Assembly: GCA_902603475.1 (NCBI GenBank)
Contig: CACKUZ010000002.1
Location: 4,588 to 68,587, forward strand
Direction of reading: 5' to 3'
Origin: an uncultured Pelagibacteraceae bacterium
GTDB lineage: Bacteria > Pseudomonadota > Alphaproteobacteria > Pelagibacterales > Pelagibacteraceae
DNA: 64,000 bases
Each line of letters starts with the position of its first letter. The first letter of the stretch is position 1. The notes under the pieces are model-generated. The model was not told where the DNA came from and did not search any database. It saw nothing but the letters and a program-made list of their open reading frames with translations. Made by a program: the position numbers and the translations under genes. Below are positions 57,860 to 64,000 of this stretch, piece by piece.

Positions 57860-58759
57860 ATGAGCATCACTAGATTTGAAAGTAATTTCTATAAAAAAAA
57901 CGGCTACTTATTAAAAGATGAACTTATTTCAAAGAAAGATATCAATAAGTTAAATTCACTTATTAATAAAATCGTAAAGAAAGAAAAGAACAGTAAAAAA
58001 AAAGTTAAAGAACAAGGTGGAACCCAAAGTTACAATAATTATCACTTTGTATTCAATAGCAACTCTTCAAAAAATAAAGAAATACTAAGATTAAATAACC
58101 CTCAAAATAATAATAAATTATTTTATGATTTATCAAGAAATAAAAAGATTATTGATATTGTTAAAAAACTAATTGGTGGAACAGTAAGATTTCATCTTGG
58201 TAAATTAAATTTTAAATTACCAAATAAGAAAAAAGGAAGTTTAGTTGAATGGCATCAGGACTTTGCTTTTTATCCTCATACAAATGATGATTTAATTACA
58301 GTAGGTATTTATCTTGAAGATTGTGATGAAAAAAATGGTCCATTAAAGATTATAAAAGGTTCTCATAAAAAAGAATTATTTAGTCATCATAGCAATAATA
58401 ATTATTTCGTAGGTAAAATTAACACTAAAAAAAACAAAATTAATTTTAAAAAATCAGTCTCTTTAACTGGTAAAGCAGGCTCTGTTGCATTCTTTCATTG
58501 CCGAACAATTCATGGTTCAGGTTTAAACCATACTAATGGCTCAAGACCTCTAATACTATTTGGTTATAGAGCGTGTGATGCATGGCCTATTATTAATGAT
58601 GGTAATCCTCATCCAGAAACAAATTTTGAAAATTATGATAAAAATATTATTTATGGAAAAAAATCAATTGTTCCAAGGTGTACTGATGTACCTGTAATTA
58701 TTCCATTACCTAAAAAGAAACATTATGTATCTATTTATCAATTACAAAAAAGTAAATAA
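57860..58759 (+). CDS. Phytanoyl-CoA dioxygenase (PhyH) family Fe/2OG oxygenase
   Basis: FY.KNGY, WHQD, NGPL..I.GSH, FH..TIHGS..N...R. Confidence 0.9.
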   Translation: MSITRFESNFYKKNGYLLKDELISKKDINKLNSLINKIVKKEKNSKKKVKEQGGTQSYNNYHFVFNSNSSKNKEILRLNNPQNNNKLFYDLSRNKKIIDIVKKLIGGTVRFHLGKLNFKLPNKKKGSLVEWHQDFAFYPHTNDDLITVGIYLEDCDEKNGPLKIIKGSHKKELFSHHSNNNYFVGKINTKKNKINFKKSVSLTGKAGSVAFFHCRTIHGSGLNHTNGSRPLILFGYRACDAWPIINDGNPHPETNFENYDKNIIYGKKSIVPRCTDVPVIIPLPKKKHYVSIYQLQKSK

Positions 58760-60500
58760 ATTATTTTTATTAATTTCTTTTTTTTTAGTTCTTTTTGGAA
58801 CTGCTAATTCTACAGAAAGGACAAAAAAGGAAATCAAGATTGGAGTGTTTATGGAAGACTTTCAAAAATTTGGAAAGTTTGAAAAAATAAATGATACACC
58901 ACCTGGCATGTTTCCTAATATTGAAAATTCTTTTCATCAAAAACAGGTAATTGCACAGAAGAAGTTCATTGATACATTTATTACCAAAAAAGGACAGATG
59001 GAAAAAAATACTGACCAAGTTATCCTTGGAATGGCATATTTTGAGTTTTTTTATATGCAACAATTAAAAGATAATAAAAAGTCTTTAGAAACATTTGAGA
59101 AAAAATATCCTAATATTAATGCCGCTACTAAGAAAAATATTCAAAAAATTTATGGATTGAATAAAGCTAGAAAATCAATGAGAGAAGCTCTAGGCTTATC
59201 TTTAGAAAACACTCCTGGGGAGGCTATAGAAAGATATTACGTTCTATATAAACTATTAAATCAAGCTGAAATAAAAACAATCAAATTAACAAAGCAAGAA
59301 AAAAATAATTCGAAATTACATACAAAGATTTCCAAAAATATATCTCAATTAAAAAATATAACGGATGATAAACTAAGTAATAGATTGACTGAAAAAAAAT
59401 TTAATAGTGAGTATAAAAAAAATTTTAAAAAACTTTCTAAAAATTTAGAAAAATCGATAACAATCAAAGATTATGAACTCTTAACATCTTTTATTATTGA
59501 AATAGATAAATATAAAAATAGTAATAATTCAGGATTATTGAGTGGATATAAAATTGCAGAATATATTCTTCAAAAGATTAAGAATGATAAAATTATAAAA
59601 AAGTATGAACAAGATCTTTCAAATGCCAAATTTGAAATATTCTCTCAAAAAGAATTATCAATTTTAGGTGATATTACAAAATCAATGAAAGTTACTAAAA
59701 ATGAGAAGTCTAATGATATTCAGTTACAAATAATGAATCTTGAAAATGGAGGCATACCCGTAAATAGATTTCTAGAAGTTTATCGAGATGAATTAAATGT
59801 AAGACTTGATGATATAAATCTTCAAGTTGCATCAGCATCTAAAATGAAAGACTGGACATTAAGTGATTGGGCAAATGCTTGGAAAAATCCAATTCCTGAA
59901 ATTATAGTTGATGATGCAGGTATTGAGGTTTCTCTTTCACCTGAGGAAATTGAATCTATCAAAGCTCAATTAGCGATGAAAAACTTCAAAGAATTATTAG
60001 ATCTAGACTCGTTTAGTAGTCTGATACAAAATGAGGCTAATAACTTTAATGATATCGCAAAAAATTTAGATATTAATTCTGATACCTTCAAGTTTTCATT
60101 TACTTTAGACGATTTTGCAAGGTCATTTGGTGATACTTACAATTTGGATATAAATAATTATGCTGATCTAACTGATTTGGCAAATGCACAACACAATGCT
60201 AATTGGTCTGTAGAGGAATATGCTGCTGCATACCAAGACAATGTTGATATGATAAATGCACTTCAGTCAGGATCTTTAAGTTCGTTTGATGCAGGAAGAA
60301 TAGCTGCTGCAGCAAATAGTGGTCTGCAAGAAGTTGCAGATACGATTAGAGCTGCAACAAGCGCTGGAGTTTCAGTTGACCTGGAGGCAACAGCACAGGG
60401 GCTTGGTTATGGAAGTTTTGCTGATGCGGTAGCTGCTTATAATCAACAACATGGAACTAGCTATTCGGTTGAGGAAGCAAAACAGTCCTTGGGACAATAA
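58725..60500 (+). CDS. Exported hypothetical protein, basic N-half and acidic Ala-rich repeated C-terminus
   Basis: 591-aa ORF; hydrophobic signal-like segment; exact start uncertain. Confidence 0.75.
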   Translation: MYLFINYKKVNKLFLLISFFLVLFGTANSTERTKKEIKIGVFMEDFQKFGKFEKINDTPPGMFPNIENSFHQKQVIAQKKFIDTFITKKGQMEKNTDQVILGMAYFEFFYMQQLKDNKKSLETFEKKYPNINAATKKNIQKIYGLNKARKSMREALGLSLENTPGEAIERYYVLYKLLNQAEIKTIKLTKQEKNNSKLHTKISKNISQLKNITDDKLSNRLTEKKFNSEYKKNFKKLSKNLEKSITIKDYELLTSFIIEIDKYKNSNNSGLLSGYKIAEYILQKIKNDKIIKKYEQDLSNAKFEIFSQKELSILGDITKSMKVTKNEKSNDIQLQIMNLENGGIPVNRFLEVYRDELNVRLDDINLQVASASKMKDWTLSDWANAWKNPIPEIIVDDAGIEVSLSPEEIESIKAQLAMKNFKELLDLDSFSSLIQNEANNFNDIAKNLDINSDTFKFSFTLDDFARSFGDTYNLDINNYADLTDLANAQHNANWSVEEYAAAYQDNVDMINALQSGSLSSFDAGRIAAAANSGLQEVADTIRAATSAGVSVDLEATAQGLGYGSFADAVAAYNQQHGTSYSVEEAKQSLGQ

Positions 60501-60565
60501 AATTAACTAAAAAATAATTCCTAAAAAACTTAGTATTAGTAATGCTTCCATTCCAACAAACATAA

Positions 60566-61141
60566 TTAGCTTTTTATTATTTCTCCTGGTCCAAAACACA
60601 TTCTTTGCGCTTCTTTTATTTTATGAGGGAGTAGATCTAGTTTCCAACTGTTATCTAATATATCAAAATGCTCATCTGGATTGTACTTATCACTACTAGC
60701 TAGTTTGATACTAAACTCTTTTTCATGATCATACATTTTCATTAAATTATCTATAAATTCGTCCAGATCATAAAAACCTTTAGTCTGCATCATTACAATG
60801 GTCATTCCATACATTGGATGAACGGTTATTACTCTTGCTGCTCTTAAGTCTTTCCAGTTGTTAATTTTAATTAGTAAATCTGTGTTTTGTAAATCTTCTA
60901 TATTTTTTACATCTTTTGTTGTCGAAAACGAAAAGAGCATCCCAACTTCAAAACAGTCAGACTTTCTAATAAAAAATCTTAATTTATCTCCGTGAATTAC
61001 TTCTCCAGGAACTGCTGCAACAACGTAATCTCCAAAATCGTTAATATACCACTCGTCATCCCCAGCTTTAGCATGAGGATGAACGAGTAAGAGGATTCCT
61101 AAAGCAACTAAATGTAGAAAAAAGAATAAAGATAATCTCAC
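60566..61141 (-). CDS. Exported hypothetical protein
   Basis: GTG start, signal peptide ending AKA, two Cys. Confidence 0.7.
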   Translation of the reverse strand: MRLSLFFFLHLVALGILLLVHPHAKAGDDEWYINDFGDYVVAAVPGEVIHGDKLRFFIRKSDCFEVGMLFSFSTTKDVKNIEDLQNTDLLIKINNWKDLRAARVITVHPMYGMTIVMMQTKGFYDLDEFIDNLMKMYDHEKEFSIKLASSDKYNPDEHFDILDNSWKLDLLPHKIKEAQRMCFGPGEIIKS

Positions 61142-61250
61142 GATTCTATTCTTAAAATATTGATTTGTTATAATTAGGTTCGAATTTAGATATGAATATG
61201 AATAATAATCACATTTTAAACACAGATTATTTTATGTATAGTTTTAGAAT

Positions 61251-61319
61251 ATGAAATATATTTTATTAGGTGCTGCAATAGCTTTTGCAATGTATTTGGG
61301 TGATAAATACATTCTTTAG
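61251..61319 (+). CDS. Possible 22-aa single-TM small protein
   Basis: MKYILLGAAIAFAMYLGDKYIL*; fills an otherwise unexplained gap. Confidence 0.35.
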   Translation: MKYILLGAAIAFAMYLGDKYIL

Positions 61320-61372
61320 GATACGTCAATTTTATACATAAATAATTTAATTAATTTTGATAAAAAGAATGA

Positions 61373-61816
61373 ATGAGTGCTGAAGCAATAAGTTTTAATT
61401 GGAAATGTAAACATACTTGGAGAAGAAGCGCCAAGAATACTGCTTGGTGTTTGTTAGGTTGTGCTATTGGAGATTTTGGAACGATATTATTTTTTCAATT
61501 AACTAAAATACCTTTTCCAGTTTTAAGTATTATGATTTTAGCAATAATAAATGGTTTGATTACAAGTGTAATTTTAGAGACATTTATTTTAATTAAGCAA
61601 AATTTTTCTTTCCAAAAAGCATTAAAGACTGCATTAGGAATGAGCTTTATTTCTATGATTAGTATGGAAGTTGCAATGAATATTACAGATTATCTATTAA
61701 CTGGGGGAGCTATGCTTACCTGGTGGGTAGTTCCTATAATGTTAGCAGTTGGATTTGTTACTCCTTGGCCTTACAATTATTGGAGGCTTAAAAAACATAA
61801 TCAGGCTTGTCATTAA
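61373..61816 (+). CDS. DUF4396-family membrane protein
   Basis: T.WCLLGCAIGD, S..SMEVAMN..D, GFVTPWPYNYW. Confidence 0.8.
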   Translation: MSAEAISFNWKCKHTWRRSAKNTAWCLLGCAIGDFGTILFFQLTKIPFPVLSIMILAIINGLITSVILETFILIKQNFSFQKALKTALGMSFISMISMEVAMNITDYLLTGGAMLTWWVVPIMLAVGFVTPWPYNYWRLKKHNQACH

Positions 61817-61843
61817 ATTAAATTAATTAACCAAAGGACCAAA

Positions 61844-62029
61844 ATGAGAATATTAAAAGAATTAGAAGATGTAAAATTAGTAATTGTTGATCTGGAAGTT
61901 AGATTAGGAGAAGAGGTTAGAAGTGCACCAACTTTATGTGCTAAATATAAAGGTAAAATTATACCTCTTAATACTGCACATGATGGTAGACCGATATTAA
62001 TGAAAGAAGAAAATTCGATAGAAAACTAA
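61844..62029 (+). CDS. Small hypothetical protein
   Basis: AAGGA RBS; 61 aa; operonic spacing. Confidence 0.65.
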   Translation: MRILKELEDVKLVIVDLEVRLGEEVRSAPTLCAKYKGKIIPLNTAHDGRPILMKEENSIEN

Positions 62030-62032
62030 ATT

Positions 62033-62422
62033 ATGATTGAACAGATTAGTATTTATTTGACAGCAATGATTTTAGGAATAATGTTATTTTTTTCATTTGT
62101 TATTGCTCCAGTAGTATTCACGACCTTAGACGAAGAGAATGCACGAAAGTTTATAAGAAGAATATTCCCTTTTTATTACAATGTTAACCTAGGCTTAAGT
62201 CTAATTATTTTATTAACTTTTTTATTCTTAAGTAAATTAGGAATTGATTTCTACTTAATTCTAGCAATCACACTTTTATTTGCTACCTCAAATTACTTAT
62301 TAATGCCTTTGATTAATAAATATAGAGATGAAAATCAGGATAAAAAATTTAAATATTCACACTTTATATCTGTTGTGATTAATTTTGTTCAAATGTTGTT
62401 TTTAGTTGTTATGTTAATTTAA
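62033..62422 (+). CDS. DUF4149-family membrane protein
   Basis: F.IAPVVF..L....A..F.R..FP.YY, FK..H..SV.IN. Confidence 0.8.
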   Translation: MIEQISIYLTAMILGIMLFFSFVIAPVVFTTLDEENARKFIRRIFPFYYNVNLGLSLIILLTFLFLSKLGIDFYLILAITLLFATSNYLLMPLINKYRDENQDKKFKYSHFISVVINFVQMLFLVVMLI

Positions 62423-63204
62423 TGAACAAATTATCTTCAAAAGAATTAGATTTATATTCAAATCAAATTCTTGAAGATTATGATGCAAAAAAACCCAGCC
62501 AAATATTTAAAAATAAAGTAAAGGTAAGCAATGAGGATGCTTTACTTATACAGGATAAGGTAGCTGAATTAAGAGTATCAAGAGGTGAGGAGGTAATAGG
62601 TTACAAAATAGGCTGTATTTCAAAAGATACTCAAAAAAAAATGGACCTTTCCCATCCAGCAAAAGGTACGCTTTGGAAGCATGAATTACATCAAAGCGGC
62701 GTTGAACTAAATAAAAAGGATTATTTCAATCCTGCAATGGAGGCAGAATTTGGAATTATACTTAATAGAGATATCAATCCAGAATCAGTTTCATTTGATT
62801 ATATATTAGAGTCTGTTCAATCAATTTATGCCTTAATAGAAATACATAATTTAGTATTTAATGGTGAAGCACCAAATGGTGCAGAACTTTTAGCTAACAA
62901 TGCAATTCATGCTGGAGTTATTTTAGGACCAGAGAACAAAGTTCCAAACAGCAATGAAATCACTGATTTAAAACTAGTCTATGACAATGAAGTAGTTGAT
63001 AAATGGATAGATAAAAAATGGCCTTTTGATATGCTTGGAGAAATAGAGTGGTTAGTGAAAGATAAAGCAAAAACAAATAATATCTTAAAAAAAAATGACT
63101 TAATTTTAACAGGAGCATATGGATTTCCTGTTCCTATTAATGAAAAGAAGTTGATTGAGGTTACCTCATCAGCTTTTGGAGATGTATCTTCAACATTTAT
63201 TTAA
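62422..63204 (+). CDS. 2-keto-4-pentenoate hydratase-like (FAH superfamily)
   Basis: GYKIG, EAEF, IEI, LANNA..AG, LILTGA. Confidence 0.8.
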   Translation: MNKLSSKELDLYSNQILEDYDAKKPSQIFKNKVKVSNEDALLIQDKVAELRVSRGEEVIGYKIGCISKDTQKKMDLSHPAKGTLWKHELHQSGVELNKKDYFNPAMEAEFGIILNRDINPESVSFDYILESVQSIYALIEIHNLVFNGEAPNGAELLANNAIHAGVILGPENKVPNSNEITDLKLVYDNEVVDKWIDKKWPFDMLGEIEWLVKDKAKTNNILKKNDLILTGAYGFPVPINEKKLIEVTSSAFGDVSSTFI

Positions 63205-63222
63205 ATTACGAAAGGAGAGATC

Positions 63223-64000
63223 ATGAGCGATACCATAACAATAGGGGTGATTGGCTTAGGAAATGCTGGTACACCAATTTTAAATAATTTATACAAATCA
63301 AAGAAGTATAACCTTGTAGCCTTTGATATTGATAAAAATAAACTCAATGATGTTCCTAAGGATATTATTAAAGCAAATTCCATCAAAGATCTTGCTCAGA
63401 AATGTAAAGCAGTTTTAACATGTTTACCTAAGCCAGAACATGTTTTGCAAGCTGTTGATGGTGTTGATGGTTTATTACAAAATTCATCCAATGGTATGGT
63501 TTGGATAGATACGTCCACAACTGATTTTAAACAAACACAAAAATTATCAGAAAGAGCAAAAACATATGGTATTTCAATGTTAGAGGCCACTCTAACCGGA
63601 GGTGTTCATGCTTTACAAAATAATAATATGGTTTGTTTAGCTGGTGGAGATAAAAAAATTTTTAATAATTGGAAAGAAGTTTTACAGGACGCGATAGGTG
63701 AAGTAGTTGTCTTATGTGGAGATATAGGGGCAGGAGCTATTGCAAAAGTTGTATCAAATATGCTCGCATTTACTAATATGGTTGCAGCATCTGAGTGTAT
63801 GATGATTGCTAAAAGAGCAGGATTAGACTTAGAGAGTTTTTTTGATGCTATTAGAGTTTCAGCCGGAAACTCCTTTGCGTGGGAAACAGTTGTGCCTCAC
63901 ATTTTTAATCAAAAATATGAAGCTGGATTTACAATGGATTTAGCATGTAAAGATATGAATTTAAGCTACTTACTTGGGCAACATTTAAATGTTCCACTAG
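63223..64000 (+). CDS. 3-hydroxyisobutyrate dehydrogenase-family oxidoreductase (3' truncated by window edge; missing from ORF track)
   Basis: AAGGAG RBS; MSDTITIGVIGLGNAG..., TCLP, IDTST, EATLTGG, AKVVSN, F..DLACKD; no stop before the window end. Confidence 0.88.
   Translation, partial: MSDTITIGVIGLGNAGTPILNNLYKSKKYNLVAFDIDKNKLNDVPKDIIKANSIKDLAQKCKAVLTCLPKPEHVLQAVDGVDGLLQNSSNGMVWIDTSTTDFKQTQKLSERAKTYGISMLEATLTGGVHALQNNNMVCLAGGDKKIFNNWKEVLQDAIGEVVVLCGDIGAGAIAKVVSNMLAFTNMVAASECMMIAKRAGLDLESFFDAIRVSAGNSFAWETVVPHIFNQKYEAGFTMDLACKDMNLSYLLGQHLNVPL

Noticed and set aside
35208-59063. Short antisense track ORFs (35208, 37890, 39654, 41517, 46041, 50200, 55210, 55680, 58785)
   Set aside because: Shadows of real genes on the other strand.
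63201-63590. Minus-strand ORFs 63201-63386 and 63396-63590
   Set aside because: They are antisense to a clear plus-strand dehydrogenase starting at 63223, which the track omitted because it runs off the window.
1-64000. Other A/T homopolymers of 8-11 nt (e.g. near 1729, 3130, 23195, 24201) as phase-variable sites
   Set aside because: They are common in this AT-rich DNA and sit in intact frames; only the run at 43788 coincides with a frame break.
1-64000. tRNA, rRNA, riboswitch or glmS ribozyme
   Set aside because: No GC-rich structured segment or cloverleaf was recognised, intergenic gaps are mostly too short, and glmS directly abuts the upstream gene. An Infernal/tRNAscan run would be needed to be certain.

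Overview
Strongly AT-rich, very gene-dense bacterial DNA that looks like a streamlined marine alphaproteobacterium. It is most consistent with Pelagibacterales/SAR11; this is inferred from composition, compactness and gene repertoire, not from a search. Positions 1-33.9 kb and 48.5-64 kb are mostly housekeeping and metabolic genes: rpoZ, a TRAP transporter plus malonyl-CoA decarboxylase, dusA, PGM/PMM, nrdAB, prpDBC, a half-length GlmU, glmS, class II DAHP synthase, nadE, cysS, cimA, rpsD, grxD/bolA, purBCSQL, map, sfsA and azlCD. Between rpsD and grxD (about 33996-48460) lies a 14.5-kb accessory island with no integrase, made almost entirely of exported or membrane proteins. It holds (i) a tandem array of nine highly diverged signal-peptide paralogs, each with exactly two conserved Cys, (ii) co-oriented upstream Sel1, vWA-like and coiled-coil membrane genes, (iii) three copies of a TGTCCA-N16-TGGACA-type palindrome at the divergence point, (iv) a secreted caspase-like protease broken by a frameshift in an A10 run, (v) a trypsin-like protease with seven Dx[DN]x[DN]G repeats that shares a WI[TK]KK motif with the caspase, (vi) an HTH-type regulator and (vii) a pentameric ligand-gated ion channel homolog. 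This island is the best candidate for an undescribed system. No rRNA, tRNA, CRISPR array or transposase was recognised.
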